Below are positions 53,869-64,000 of a DNA stretch of 64,000 nt, piece by piece. The stretch is from a virus (taxonomy: Duplodnaviria; Heunggongvirae; Uroviricota; Caudoviricetes): positions 1 to 64,000 of IMG/VR virus record IMGVR_UViG_3300033069_001204. One strand, written 5' to 3'. A program made the translations under genes and the position numbers. The notes under the pieces are model-generated. The model had not been told where the DNA came from. It ran no database searches and saw nothing but the letters and a program-made list of their open reading frames with translations. Each line of letters opens with the position of its first letter. Position 1 is the first letter of the stretch.

Positions 53869-55362
53869 TTAGTGTTGCATTTTTATATCTGAGAACGAAT
53901 TGAAGCCCATCATCCTTGCCTTGCGTTCCAGTTCGGGATCGTTGACCGTGATTGTCTTGGGATCGGTCGTCCCTACTGCAAGGCCCTTCAAGATGTCGTC
54001 TGAAAGGCCGCGCATCACTGGAAGAGTCTCCACGAGATCGCTGAATGCCTTGGGAGAGCTCATTGCCAGGTTCTCCATTGTCGTCCTTTGGACTTCCAGG
54101 ATGCGATCATCATCCAGAAGCTTTTGAACTTTGATCCTGGCGCTCTCCTTCTCCGCTCCAGCCTTCAATTTCTTGATCTCGTCATTGAACTGTATCTGCA
54201 TATCCTCCATCTTCTTTGAAAGATCGGAGAAGGACTTTACATTGTGCGACTTAAAGAACCTATCGGCGTCATCCCTGAATACCTTTAAGGCGCTGGTCGC
54301 CACCGTCATGGCCTTGGTGTCGGTGAATGACTTGATGTTCAGGCACTTCGCCATATCGGACAGAGCCATCATTGGAATAGTGGCCTGATCGGCCACCGCT
54401 CCATAGCCGCCCATCTCATTCCTCTTCTTGAGCATCTCGACGGTGCGCTCATTGCCAGAGGTGAAGCCCGCATCCCACAACTCAGGGAACTGCGACTTGA
54501 AGGCATTGAGCCTGTCCATCTCCGCCATCACGGCGTTACGCTCCACATCGGAAAGCGCCTCTTTGGACTTCGAATCGAGCCAGGCGAGCATCTGCGGACC
54601 CGTCATTGAGTCCCTCTTGTCGAAGATCTCCACCTGCATATCCGCAAATGAGCGATACTGCCTTCCTATAACCGAGTCGCTGAACGATCTCATCGACTTG
54701 ATAAGGGACTCATCGCCTTTGCAGAAGTCATCATACTGACGAAGGGTCTCCAGCATGAGGTCGTTGAGCTCTCGCGCGCCCTTATCGATCTCCACGATAG
54801 CGTCCTGATACTGCTTGGCCATCATCTGCTTGGCGCTGGGATCATCATTGGCGGCCATCAGGGCTTCGGGATTATGGAACGACGGCTTGTTGGTGATCGC
54901 CACTGAGTGGACCTGATCTGGACGATCATTGTCATCGAAATGAAGCACTGGGCTGGTGTAGCGAATCTCTTTGTTCCTGAGCCTATCCGCAGCCTTTGGC
55001 GTCCATGAGCTGACCTTGCCATAGAGCCCTTTGCCTGGGACCATCTGGAGTTCCTTGATCCAACCTGCGGCTGGGGAATCTCCACTGGACCCAGAAGACT
55101 TATCGAGCGAATTGTGCTCATAGTCAACTGTCAGATCCTTGCCACGTGTCTTGAAATCCTCCAGGATCTTTGCAAGGTCCTCTTCGTTCGCATCGAACGA
55201 TCCGCGTTCTCCGCCCTTGGTGAAGTTGTTCGTGCCAAGTCGGATGAGCAGGATGGTCTGCGGGAGATCTTCCATCGAATCGGCGGCTTCCTGCTGCGGA
55301 GCGACGTTCTGTGGAATCACCAGTTCATCCATATCGGAAAGGTATACGAGCTTCGACATCAT
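53869..55362 (-). CDS. Mu gpI-like prohead protease fused to a scaffold-like C-terminal coiled coil
   Basis: 497 aa. DLTVDYEHNSLDKSSG...SPAAGWIKELQMVPGKGLYGKVSSWTPKAADRLRNKEIRYTSPV matches the Mu protease I family signature (IDYEHxx...PAAGWI...EYRYxSPV). Confidence 0.65.
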   Translation of the reverse strand: MMSKLVYLSDMDELVIPQNVAPQQEAADSMEDLPQTILLIRLGTNNFTKGGERGSFDANEEDLAKILEDFKTRGKDLTVDYEHNSLDKSSGSSGDSPAAGWIKELQMVPGKGLYGKVSSWTPKAADRLRNKEIRYTSPVLHFDDNDRPDQVHSVAITNKPSFHNPEALMAANDDPSAKQMMAKQYQDAIVEIDKGARELNDLMLETLRQYDDFCKGDESLIKSMRSFSDSVIGRQYRSFADMQVEIFDKRDSMTGPQMLAWLDSKSKEALSDVERNAVMAEMDRLNAFKSQFPELWDAGFTSGNERTVEMLKKRNEMGGYGAVADQATIPMMALSDMAKCLNIKSFTDTKAMTVATSALKVFRDDADRFFKSHNVKSFSDLSKKMEDMQIQFNDEIKKLKAGAEKESARIKVQKLLDDDRILEVQRTTMENLAMSSPKAFSDLVETLPVMRGLSDDILKGLAVGTTDPKTITVNDPELERKARMMGFNSFSDIKMQH

Positions 55363-55415
55363 TCATTCTCCTGCTTTTCGCTGATTACCATAGTTCATGT
55401 TCACACAAAATCAAC

Positions 55416-57881
55416 TTATGCAGCCACGCCCAGGCCTTGGAGACTGGCGGCGATGGTCTGCAACTGGGCCTGCAGCGTGGACTTGGTTGCCGGATCTTGT
55501 TCGTTATCCATCTGATTCTGGAGATCAGCCTGCTGCTTGAGAAGGTCCTCCTTCTGCTTCTGCCTGGATATCGCGAACTCGGATATCTCGTTGTTGATTC
55601 GCGCTTCGTCCCCACTATGCTCCCTCATCGACTGAATCATGTCTGGGGACATCCCGACATTGGCAGCCCTGGATTCCCAGCCCTGCGGACCTTTGGCCTT
55701 GGAGAAGTCAGCTATCTCGGCATTGAGCCTCTCAGCGTCATTGCCGTGCTGCGCCAGGGTCTGTATCTGCTCTGAGGACATCCCGGCATCCTGGGCCTTC
55801 TTCACCCAGTCAGGGATGGCGGGCTTCTGGTCCAGGGCCGCCATCTCTGTCTTGCCGGCCTCCGCCTTCCTGTCCTTGATCTCCTCTATCTTGGATAGGA
55901 TGACGTCCTTCTCCGCCTGGGTCTTCGCTTTGCCCAGCGAGTCATAGGCGGCATTGAGCTCGTTGTTGATTTGGGCCGATGCCGGAACTGCTGCGCCATG
56001 GGGATTGGGGACGACTCCGCTTGCGGACTTTATGGTCGCCAGAGCCGTGGCCATGTCCATTGCCCCCGATGCCACCTTATCCTTGACTCCAGCCATGACC
56101 GATTCATCGACGCCATACTTGGAAGCCAGATTCTTGACGGTATCGACCTGGATGGACTTGAACTTCGCGATGTCCTCAACAGCCTTTCCGGCATCCGGAG
56201 ACGGCTTCTGATTGAGCTCTCCACGAGCCAGGGAGGCAGCCGCATTGTCTTTCATGTGCTGGGACTCGGCATCCTTGGAAGCCTTGGCCTCTGCATCCTT
56301 CTGCATGGCGGCAACCATCATTGGATCCTCAGCCAGGGATGGGTTTTCAGCAAGCAAGTCCGCTCTGGCCTTCTGCTCCTTCTCGGAGAGGATGGCCCTG
56401 TCCTTCTTGGCCGCCGCCAGCTTTCCACTGAGGGTGGACATCTCCGCGACCCTCTTCAGGTATGCCGGAGACTTCTGATCCTTCCCAGTGGACTTGTCAT
56501 ATAGGCTTGGGCTCACGCCTTTGCTGTAGGGCTTCTCGACATTCTTCAGCTCATTGAGCCTGGCCTCCATCGTCTTGATGCTGGCATCCGCGGCATCGAG
56601 GGCGGTCCTGGAATTCCTCCAGGATGTGGAACCCTCTGATTGGGCCTCAAGGGCCTGGACGGCACGAGATCTCGCATCGATCTCGTGCTTGGCTATGAGC
56701 ATCTTCTTGGGATCATCGATGGTCTTGGTCTCTTCAATCAGGTTCTCCAGATCCCTTCTGGCCTGGGACGCCTTGAAGTCGGCAGCCAGCATGGCGGGCA
56801 GCTTGTCCTTGGAGACCTTTCCATACCGGTCGACCTTGGAGTCCCATCCCGAACGTGGGGTATAAGCCAGGACCCTTCCAAGATTGGGATCATTCGTCTT
56901 CGCAGCGGCATCGACGATATCCCCCACTCTGGCATCGAAGGCATCCTTCCCTATGGTCTGGGCTCTCGACTTCAGAAGCTCAGTCTTGACAAGCTCCTGC
57001 TGCCAGGGCTGCAGCGACTTCATGGCATTGCCGAGAAGCTCGCCTCTCCTCTCCTGGATATCCGCAGGGGACTTAGGATTCATGGCTGCGGAGATCATGG
57101 CGGCCGGGCCTGCGGCCTTCAAGCTTTCCATGGTCTGGCCCTGGGATTCCTTCTTGCCAGTGGCATCCAGCGGAGCATCGAGCTCCTTGAGCCTGGCTTT
57201 GACAGCGGCAATATCCGCCACGGAGGACTTCCCAGATTCCAGAGCCTTGGCATCTTGCTGGATGGCCTCAAATGCTTTCCGGATGTCCCCGGCGTTGGGG
57301 GCCTTCCTCTCCTCCGCCACCTTGACACGTCCAGCCATATCGGCCAGGCCCTCCATCAAAGCGGAATGGGCCTTGACGCTCTCATCCTGGACCCTCTCCT
57401 CTTTCTTGGAGGCGAGATTGTCCTTGCGCTCTTGCTCCTTCTGGACCTTCTCCTTCTCCTTCTCCTGGACTTCGGAGAGCCGTTTCTCCTCAGCCTCGGC
57501 CTCCCTCGTGATTATTGGCATGATGGTCCGCTTCCAGGCCACCGCCTCGAAACCTTCGTTGGCTCCTGGACCAGCCTCTGACATATACATGGAGGCGTCA
57601 TGCTTGACCTTGAGGTCCTTGATCTGGCCCCGCATCTCCTTAATATGGTTCATCATGTCCAGACGCTGCTGCGGGGTCCCCACGATCATATCGGAAGACT
57701 TCTGGAGCTTCTCTATCCTAGAGGACAGGTCGGACATCTGCTTCGCATAGCCCTCCATGTCCTTCTTGGCGGCGTCCTTCGCCTTTTCAATCTCGGGCTT
57801 GAGCCTGGAGGTCAACTCCTTCAAGGCCTCCTCTGATTCGCCGCCATGCAGATACTCGTATGCCAGCTTTGAGAGTTCCAT
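55416..57881 (-). CDS. 821-aa Ala/Lys/Glu-rich coiled-coil protein (head-associated; scaffold or internal-protein candidate)
   Basis: Long low-complexity helical sequence with no enzymatic motifs seen. Lies between the giant gene and the protease. Confidence 0.5.
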   Translation of the reverse strand: MELSKLAYEYLHGGESEEALKELTSRLKPEIEKAKDAAKKDMEGYAKQMSDLSSRIEKLQKSSDMIVGTPQQRLDMMNHIKEMRGQIKDLKVKHDASMYMSEAGPGANEGFEAVAWKRTIMPIITREAEAEEKRLSEVQEKEKEKVQKEQERKDNLASKKEERVQDESVKAHSALMEGLADMAGRVKVAEERKAPNAGDIRKAFEAIQQDAKALESGKSSVADIAAVKARLKELDAPLDATGKKESQGQTMESLKAAGPAAMISAAMNPKSPADIQERRGELLGNAMKSLQPWQQELVKTELLKSRAQTIGKDAFDARVGDIVDAAAKTNDPNLGRVLAYTPRSGWDSKVDRYGKVSKDKLPAMLAADFKASQARRDLENLIEETKTIDDPKKMLIAKHEIDARSRAVQALEAQSEGSTSWRNSRTALDAADASIKTMEARLNELKNVEKPYSKGVSPSLYDKSTGKDQKSPAYLKRVAEMSTLSGKLAAAKKDRAILSEKEQKARADLLAENPSLAEDPMMVAAMQKDAEAKASKDAESQHMKDNAAASLARGELNQKPSPDAGKAVEDIAKFKSIQVDTVKNLASKYGVDESVMAGVKDKVASGAMDMATALATIKSASGVVPNPHGAAVPASAQINNELNAAYDSLGKAKTQAEKDVILSKIEEIKDRKAEAGKTEMAALDQKPAIPDWVKKAQDAGMSSEQIQTLAQHGNDAERLNAEIADFSKAKGPQGWESRAANVGMSPDMIQSMREHSGDEARINNEISEFAISRQKQKEDLLKQQADLQNQMDNEQDPATKSTLQAQLQTIAASLQGLGVAA

Positions 57882-57883
57882 GA

Positions 57884-60800
57884 TTATGCCTCCTTCTTTG
57901 TCTCAGTCTTGGTTTCGGTCTTGGCTGGCGGGGCCTGCTTGGCTCCTCCCTGATACTGCTTGACCACCTTCAGATATGGAGCGTTGTATTTCTTCTCGCC
58001 CACGCTATCCACTGCGGCCCTGGCCCCTTCTGGAGTCATCTTGAACTTCTCCACCAGGAACTTGATGATGCCGTCCTTGCTGAATGTCAGGCCTTCGGAG
58101 CCTTCGACATACACTATGGCGGCATCGTCGACCTCGATGGGTCCTTTCGCGGCCTCAGGCATTAGGCTGTCGATCAGCGACACCCTGGCATGCTTCAGCT
58201 TATCAAGGGCGTCAGTGACCTTGACCATTTTCTCCGCTTGAGCCCTGACCTCTGGGGACAAATCCGACATGGCCATAAAATCATCTCCTATGTTATCATT
58301 GAAACCTTCTGTAGAGCCATCCTCATCCACGATGTCATATTCCTGATCCTGGGGAGCCGCAATAGGGCCTACGATTATTTGACGATTCCCATCCTTATCC
58401 ACCACCACGCGCCGTCTGGACTTGATCTCTTCCAGAGCCTTCTTGCGCAAATCAGCCAAAGCCCTTTTATAGACATCTATTTGTTCTGGGGTGAGAGGGT
58501 TGTCTTTGAAGTCATTGGGGGCATAGGCCTCTATCAGCCCGGCCTTCTCACCCTCTGGAATATCCTCGCTATCCTCAATCTCCTTGCGTAGCGCCTTCAT
58601 GGCTGAAGGCTCCCGGACCGCCCTGCGGAATCCATCCGCGACCATGGCATCCATTATTAGCAGATCATCGGAGTCAAGCTGGATGACTTCCTGCTTGCCA
58701 TCCTGCATCCTGATCTTGATGCTCTTGGAGGCCATCATAGGATGCCAGGCGCTTTCCGGGTGGTCTGAATTATACCTGACCAGAGCTGCATCGAAGTCAG
58801 GGACCGGAGCGCCTATGGCCATGGAGGCCGCGCGGCTGTCGTAGAGGTCCAATTGATATGGAGACCAGATGTAGGATCTCCAGTCTCCGGAAGCCCTGAT
58901 GGCATCCCTGTTCTTGAAGTATTGCAGGATCTGGCCTATTGGAAGTCCGAAGGTTTCCGCAATGGCCCTGACGGGATGATCGACTATGTCGGACAAAGCC
59001 CTGAGCTGTGGAGGCACTATCTGCCATTCCCACGAAGCCTCTCTAAGCTTCTCAGCCTTGACCTTGGCGTCCTTGGACATCATCGCCCAGGCGTAGGATA
59101 TCAGGCCATTGGCGGCTTCGCCCAGGAGCGGAATGCCGCCTAGGACCTGCTGGGCCATTTGCTTGACGAGGTCGTCCGTCCTGGAGAAGTAGGCGAAGCT
59201 TCCTGTGGTGGCGGCGAAGCTTACGAGAGCCGGAGCCACGACATAGAATCCCAGGCCGCTTCCTATCTCCTTGATGCGTTCATACGCCGAAGCATCCCGC
59301 ATATCCGGGCTATAGAGTCCGCGATAGGCCGACTCGAATAGTGCATTCATCTGGCGGTTGAGCGGACCTTTGAACATAGTGAGAAGCTTCCAGGCTCCCG
59401 GCTCACGGAATAGCGTGGGGAGATATCTCCAGTCACCAAGGCTCTGGGTCTTCCTCACCACCTCATCCGCTATTCTGGCAGCGGCCTCCGGACCTTTGGT
59501 CTCGGAGTGCGTGAGATAATGCGCGAGCCAGACATGAACGGCGACTCCCTGGTCCACTTTGGATATTGGAATCATGGAAGTCTGGACGAACCATCTAATG
59601 GATGGCTTGGGCATGTTCTTGACAAGGCCCTCCGGAACTCCAGCCCAAATCATGATTGAGCCTATGGCCTCTCTGGAAGCTCCAGCCGGGATTCCCATGG
59701 CCTCCCTGAGCGACTCCTCGCTGGCGGCCTCTATGCGCTCCGCCAATTCCCTCTGAAGGTTGTGCGGGCGATTCTTCATGAAGGGGCTGGCTTCGTAGAT
59801 CATATTCAAAGTCTTGCCGACCCTGAACACGTCCTGAGGTCCGGGGGAGAGCAAGTATGCCGCCCGTATGGCCGCCGTCGGGCTGCTACCTTTCATTCCA
59901 ACTGGAAGCGAGGAAAGCTGATTGAGCACGGACACCACGCGGAATCCCAAAGAGGATACAGCCATTGAATTCCTGAAGTAGTCCAGGACTCCATCATTAT
60001 TGTTACGATTCCTGCCAAATGCCACGTCCTCAAGCCATTTGCTGACTTGGCGATAAGCCTCTTCGGATCGTAGTTTCATGGCCCTGCTTATGGCCTTGTC
60101 GTTGAGATAGGATGCCGCATGGGTCAAGGCTTCATTGCTGGACACATACCAAGCGGTATCCAGCATATTCCTATTGACTGTCCCGAAATAGCTCAACCGA
60201 TCAAAGCCCTGCTGCCCTCCAGTCCTCTCCTTCGTGCTGGAAGTCCTGGCATTCGGGTTCTGGCGGTAGAGGAGCCTGGCCTTCATGTCGGAGAGGATGC
60301 CGTCCTTTGCGGAATACGAGTCATGGTCCAGGTTCCTGATTGGGAAATAGCCATCGATCTTCTCCATGTCGATGCCATGCTCCCTACGGAACTCCTTATT
60401 GACCATTCCCCATTGGGTATCGGAATACCACTGGATCTGTCTATCGATGGCATCCTTCAGGCTCTGTGGCAGTATCCTCTCCGTCTCGCTTATGACATCG
60501 TGGATGGTGCCCTCCAGGAAGGTCCCGGCAAGATGCTGGATGTTATCCGGATTCTTCGAGTTGGCATATATGAACATCAGGTTGTCCAGAGACATCGGAC
60601 CCAGGTCAATATTCCTGCCACGGACATCCTTGACATGGAGGGTGTGTTGTTTCTTGGAGAGCCCGCCTTTCATGTCCTCCCAGGCCAGTTCATGGTTGGC
60701 TATGGTGGCCTTGCTCATGGCCTCCGATACTTTGAAGTTCTCATTGATGGCGTCGTTGACGACGTCGAACACGTTCCTCTTGAGAGCGGAGTCCTTCACC

Positions 60801-63800
60801 ATGCCCGTGAACCAGTCAATAATGGTCTCCGGAGCCAACATGCCCCAGCCGCCATTCTTAATGGCCAGGCCCATGTCCTGAAGCCTATTGAGGAAGGACC
60901 GGCTGTAGCCGCGCTCGGAAGCCATTCTGGTATTGAAGTCGCGGACCCAGTCGGGCTTTTCCGGATTGGGGAGGGACATCGCCCTGCCCATCTGGGTCAC
61001 GCCTTCCTGGACCTCAAAGGAGAACGCGGAGGTCTCCAGCCGCTTCAAGAGGTCATGCTTGGTCTCGCCTATGGAGCGGAGCATATAGATATCATCAACG
61101 ATGCTCTGCAAGCTGGAGGTGGGAAGGTCCTCAAGCCTTACTGCGCTATTCCTGCGAAGGTATTGAGCCATCTCCTTGGCCAGGTAGTCAGGGATGAATG
61201 CCTGCCTCTGCTGCGCATCCAATTCCCTCCTCAGATCATTGAGCCTGGAAAGCTGCTCATCGGAAAGCAAAGCGCCATCAGCTGTGAGCATACCTTCAGG
61301 ATTTCCGGTGATGTCCTCAATCTCGGCGGTAAGCTCCGACTGTCTCTGATTGACCTTCTCGAAGTGGTCCACCGTCTTCTGGATGGCTTCATCATTCCTT
61401 GCCGGGACTTCATTCAGGCTGTCAAGATACTCGGCCAGCTTCACGTTATTCTCATAAGGCATCGTGGCCTCATTCGGGGCTGACTGAAGCCTCTTCAAAT
61501 AGGCCCTGGAGGACGAGATGGCATCCTTCGCCAGATTGAGAGCCACGGCATGGCGTTCCTCCCTGGCCTGGCCCATCACATCATCCAAGACATTGAACAT
61601 CTTCTGGGTGGCCAGATCGGGATTTTTGAGATCCCTGATTTCCAGGAGCCGGGACTTGGCCTTCTCCTTGGCGAGCTGAGGCACGTCTTCGGAGCGAATG
61701 GCATCCATGATGATGCTCTCATACGCTGAGCGATACTGTGCCGGGACCATGTCGGAGCGAATGGCATCGTCGGCAATCTCCTTGACCATGGCCGACTGAT
61801 TCCTGGAGGAGTCCACCGCCTCATTCCAGTTGGCGCGCTCCTCCTCTGACAGAAGCCTCCAAGGCATCTTATAGCCAGAGGCATCCGCTGGGACCACTCG
61901 ATTGTAGAAGGTCTCTCCGCTGGTCAGGATGACGTCCCCTGTCGGATCATGTCCCCATTCCCCGGTATAGAGCGGAGGCATCCCGGCATCCTTCCCCGCT
62001 CCTTTGGCCTTGGCGTATTCAAGGATTCTTCTATAATAGGAATTGACTGCGATATCATTCCTGCGCTTCTCGAATTCCGAGGGCAGGTCGTCGCAGATCT
62101 TAATGACGCGCTCCGCAAATGCGTTCCAATTCCTGGAGGTCTTCCCCGCCTGGACCACGGCCTTCTTGAGCTTGGCGGCATCCTCAGGGTCTCCAACCAC
62201 GTTGTCGATATATTCTCCAGCCGCCTCTATGGCCTCCGCCATATTCTTGCGGCCCAGGGCATCGCCCACACTGATCCATTTCTGGAATGCGGGAATCTCG
62301 TCCGGGGACACGCCGCCCTTTTTGCCGATTCTGGTGATGACCTTATTGGCTATCTTGATATCGCGATCCTTCGTGCTGATGGAGGCGAAGGATTCCGAAT
62401 CATGGTGGTTGGCTGAGAGGACCAGCTTCAGAAGATCGGGATGGGCCTTCAGCATGTCTTCCGATATCTTGGAGATAAGCGGATCATTGGGAACGAACTC
62501 GTCCCTGGAATCCCTGAAGATATTCGCTCCGGAGAGGTCGGCCACGAAGTATGCCTTGCCATCGACCTCCGTCACGAATACGTGGTCCGCCAATGGAAGC
62601 TCGGCGGCCCTATTGGAGAACAGGCTCGTGGCATCCTTGAGGTTGTGCTTCTCAAGCATCTGATTGAACTTCACAGCGAAGTCCGAATCGGTCTCCTTGG
62701 CGAAGGACTTCTTGCTCCTGAATGGCTGGGCCGTTATGGCTCCGCCTTCGGAGTCGAGGCCGATGAAGCGTATCGGAGAGAATCCCATGGCGTTGGCCAC
62801 TTCCAACCGAGTCAGGAGATCGCCAAGCGATGAGCCCCAACCACGGGCCGGGAGCAATTTGCCTGATGGCGTGTGGTAGGTGTAGATCTTCATGCCATAG
62901 CCTTCTTTGGCATCGACATGATGCCCAGCCACCCAGCGGTCTTGCAATGGCCACGACTTGAATATCGTGTGTGAGTAGTCAGGGAGCGTGAATAGGACGC
63001 CTTCGGAGCCGGAGGATACTATCTTGGCCGGGCTTCCCTTCTTCTGGACATAGGAGGCGCCATCCCAATTCATCAGGGTAGAGAGATCTATGGTCGGATC
63101 TCCCAGGGCCGAATTGATCAGGACTGCGTATTGGCTCCCTTTGCCTCTTGCGATTGGGAGCTCCGTCGCCTTTTCTCCTGCCTTGTCCAGGAGCGTTGTA
63201 TGGCTTCGCGCATTCTCGTCTTTCCAAGTCTTTTGTCCCTCTTCGAGTCCCACAGACTCGAATACTCGTCCTTTTCCACCGAGCGCATCTGTAGCCTCCT
63301 TTGCTGTTTTTGTCGGCTCGCTTGAGAGCAGCCTTTTGAATCTATTCGTCTTGTCCGTCGAGGCGGCGAACTGGGAGCCGAAGTCATCGAGATTCAGGCC
63401 ATAATTCGCAAGCTCCTCATTCATGGAGCGGCGCATCTCGAAATCGGAAAGCAGGGCCGGATCGTCCATGCGCTTCAGAATGGACTGCGCTACGGGCTCT
63501 GGAACCTTGGCGGCGCTGAGCCTGACCTTTGGCGGGACATTCCTGCGATCAGGCTCGCCCTGGGCTTCAGGAGTCCCCTGGTAGCTTTTGAATAGGTCGG
63601 AGATTGTCCCGGCCACATCGGCGTCGCTAGCCTCCCCGAAGATGCCGGGGAATACCCTCTTGAACCATACCATGATATTGTGGACGAACTGGCCAAGCTG
63701 TCCTTTGCCTTCCATATCCCTAAAGGCTCCGGACTCCATGAACTTCGCCACCTTCTCCATTGCCAGGAGCTTGCCGATCTGTTCAGGGGTCTTCCCCTGT

Positions 63801-64000
63801 CTTTCGCCAATGGAGCGATACTGGTCCTCGACGTCCTGGGACCAGAAACCATTGCCTTCCTTGGATGCCAGATCGGAGACGAGCGACTCGAACTTCTCAA
63901 CCCTGGCCTCCGGAATGGCGGCTCCATGCCCATAAAGGAACCTATGCGTAAAGTCCTCATGGCCCAGAAGGTCATGCAGCTCCCTGACATCCGTTATCTT
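57884..64000 (-). CDS. giant virion-module protein (>2000 aa), 5' end beyond the window
   Basis: The track ORF is 1958 aa from the Met at 63760. Hand translation of 63761-64000 in the same frame has no stop or Met and reads as protein, so the gene continues past the window end. Confidence 0.6.
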   Translation of the reverse strand, partial: KITDVRELHDLLGHEDFTHRFLYGHGAAIPEARVEKFESLVSDLASKEGNGFWSQDVEDQYRSIGERQGKTPEQIGKLLAMEKVAKFMESGAFRDMEGKGQLGQFVHNIMVWFKRVFPGIFGEASDADVAGTISDLFKSYQGTPEAQGEPDRRNVPPKVRLSAAKVPEPVAQSILKRMDDPALLSDFEMRRSMNEELANYGLNLDDFGSQFAASTDKTNRFKRLLSSEPTKTAKEATDALGGKGRVFESVGLEEGQKTWKDENARSHTTLLDKAGEKATELPIARGKGSQYAVLINSALGDPTIDLSTLMNWDGASYVQKKGSPAKIVSSGSEGVLFTLPDYSHTIFKSWPLQDRWVAGHHVDAKEGYGMKIYTYHTPSGKLLPARGWGSSLGDLLTRLEVANAMGFSPIRFIGLDSEGGAITAQPFRSKKSFAKETDSDFAVKFNQMLEKHNLKDATSLFSNRAAELPLADHVFVTEVDGKAYFVADLSGANIFRDSRDEFVPNDPLISKISEDMLKAHPDLLKLVLSANHHDSESFASISTKDRDIKIANKVITRIGKKGGVSPDEIPAFQKWISVGDALGRKNMAEAIEAAGEYIDNVVGDPEDAAKLKKAVVQAGKTSRNWNAFAERVIKICDDLPSEFEKRRNDIAVNSYYRRILEYAKAKGAGKDAGMPPLYTGEWGHDPTGDVILTSGETFYNRVVPADASGYKMPWRLLSEEERANWNEAVDSSRNQSAMVKEIADDAIRSDMVPAQYRSAYESIIMDAIRSEDVPQLAKEKAKSRLLEIRDLKNPDLATQKMFNVLDDVMGQAREERHAVALNLAKDAISSSRAYLKRLQSAPNEATMPYENNVKLAEYLDSLNEVPARNDEAIQKTVDHFEKVNQRQSELTAEIEDITGNPEGMLTADGALLSDEQLSRLNDLRRELDAQQRQAFIPDYLAKEMAQYLRRNSAVRLEDLPTSSLQSIVDDIYMLRSIGETKHDLLKRLETSAFSFEVQEGVTQMGRAMSLPNPEKPDWVRDFNTRMASERGYSRSFLNRLQDMGLAIKNGGWGMLAPETIIDWFTGMVKDSALKRNVFDVVNDAINENFKVSEAMSKATIANHELAWEDMKGGLSKKQHTLHVKDVRGRNIDLGPMSLDNLMFIYANSKNPDNIQHLAGTFLEGTIHDVISETERILPQSLKDAIDRQIQWYSDTQWGMVNKEFRREHGIDMEKIDGYFPIRNLDHDSYSAKDGILSDMKARLLYRQNPNARTSSTKERTGGQQGFDRLSYFGTVNRNMLDTAWYVSSNEALTHAASYLNDKAISRAMKLRSEEAYRQVSKWLEDVAFGRNRNNNDGVLDYFRNSMAVSSLGFRVVSVLNQLSSLPVGMKGSSPTAAIRAAYLLSPGPQDVFRVGKTLNMIYEASPFMKNRPHNLQRELAERIEAASEESLREAMGIPAGASREAIGSIMIWAGVPEGLVKNMPKPSIRWFVQTSMIPISKVDQGVAVHVWLAHYLTHSETKGPEAAARIADEVVRKTQSLGDWRYLPTLFREPGAWKLLTMFKGPLNRQMNALFESAYRGLYSPDMRDASAYERIKEIGSGLGFYVVAPALVSFAATTGSFAYFSRTDDLVKQMAQQVLGGIPLLGEAANGLISYAWAMMSKDAKVKAEKLREASWEWQIVPPQLRALSDIVDHPVRAIAETFGLPIGQILQYFKNRDAIRASGDWRSYIWSPYQLDLYDSRAASMAIGAPVPDFDAALVRYNSDHPESAWHPMMASKSIKIRMQDGKQEVIQLDSDDLLIMDAMVADGFRRAVREPSAMKALRKEIEDSEDIPEGEKAGLIEAYAPNDFKDNPLTPEQIDVYKRALADLRKKALEEIKSRRRVVVDKDGNRQIIVGPIAAPQDQEYDIVDEDGSTEGFNDNIGDDFMAMSDLSPEVRAQAEKMVKVTDALDKLKHARVSLIDSLMPEAAKGPIEVDDAAIVYVEGSEGLTFSKDGIIKFLVEKFKMTPEGARAAVDSVGEKKYNAPYLKVVKQYQGGAKQAPPAKTETKTETKKEA

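Noticed and set aside
60119-61483. 454-aa plus-strand ORF (and other long plus-strand ORFs at 52746..53903, 56640..57581 and 16192..16869) inside minus-strand genes
   Set aside because: These are shadow ORFs typical of ~55% GC coding DNA. Their translations are Arg/Gly/Leu/Pro-rich with no motifs. The opposite-strand genes have clear protein signatures (giant protein, capsid, coiled-coil protein, ligase).

Overview
This 64 kb window looks like part of a large double-stranded DNA bacteriophage or prophage genome. GC content is about 55% and many genes have clear Shine-Dalgarno sites. No integrase, transposase, tRNA, rRNA or CRISPR array was found.

The window has three transcriptional blocks:

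1. **1..28341, minus strand: replication, nucleotide metabolism and early genes.** It opens with 7-deazaguanine (preQ0) biosynthesis genes: QueE (truncated at the window start) and QueD. These are followed by a DnaB-like helicase and a putative replication initiator whose gene contains an AT-rich iteron pair. Next comes an 860-aa radical-SAM / GT-A glycosyltransferase multidomain protein beside a TylF-like SAM O-methyltransferase; this pair is the strongest candidate for a novel modification module. The block also holds a DnaG-like primase, a HARP-SNF2 helicase, a sigma factor with a ribbon-helix-helix protein, a pyrimidine-dimer glycosylase-like protein, an ATP-dependent DNA ligase, an SPFH/band-7 membrane protein and many small accessory genes. 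Among the accessory genes is a three-member paralog family.

2. **28342..29692: a 1.35 kb non-coding region at the divergent switch.** It is packed with iterons, palindromes and a G-tract. It is a candidate origin of replication, packaging site or regulatory hub.

3. **29693..39159, plus strand, then 39122..64000, minus strand.** The plus-strand part encodes a compact Spo11/TopoVI-A-like protein (wHTH + TOPRIM). An AT-rich two-gene insert follows (STAS/DUF4325-like plus a small membrane protein). Next are a DUF2829 (Tad2-like) protein, the small and large terminase subunits, and a zinc-ribbon/dUTPase-fold protein. The minus-strand part begins with a lysis-like region: a patatin-like phospholipase, a tail-anchored membrane protein, a lipoprotein and a secreted protein. 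It continues with two tail-fibre genes (one 1062 aa with a triplicated fibre repeat) and other tail genes. The Mu-like head module (gp36-like connector, gpT-like major capsid, DUF2190, gpI-like protease/scaffold) comes next. It ends with an 821-aa coiled-coil protein and a giant (>2000 aa) protein that runs off the window end. No separate portal gene was recognised.

A TTTCCGAAAAT-type motif recurs at several gene junctions, in the iterons and in the large non-coding region.
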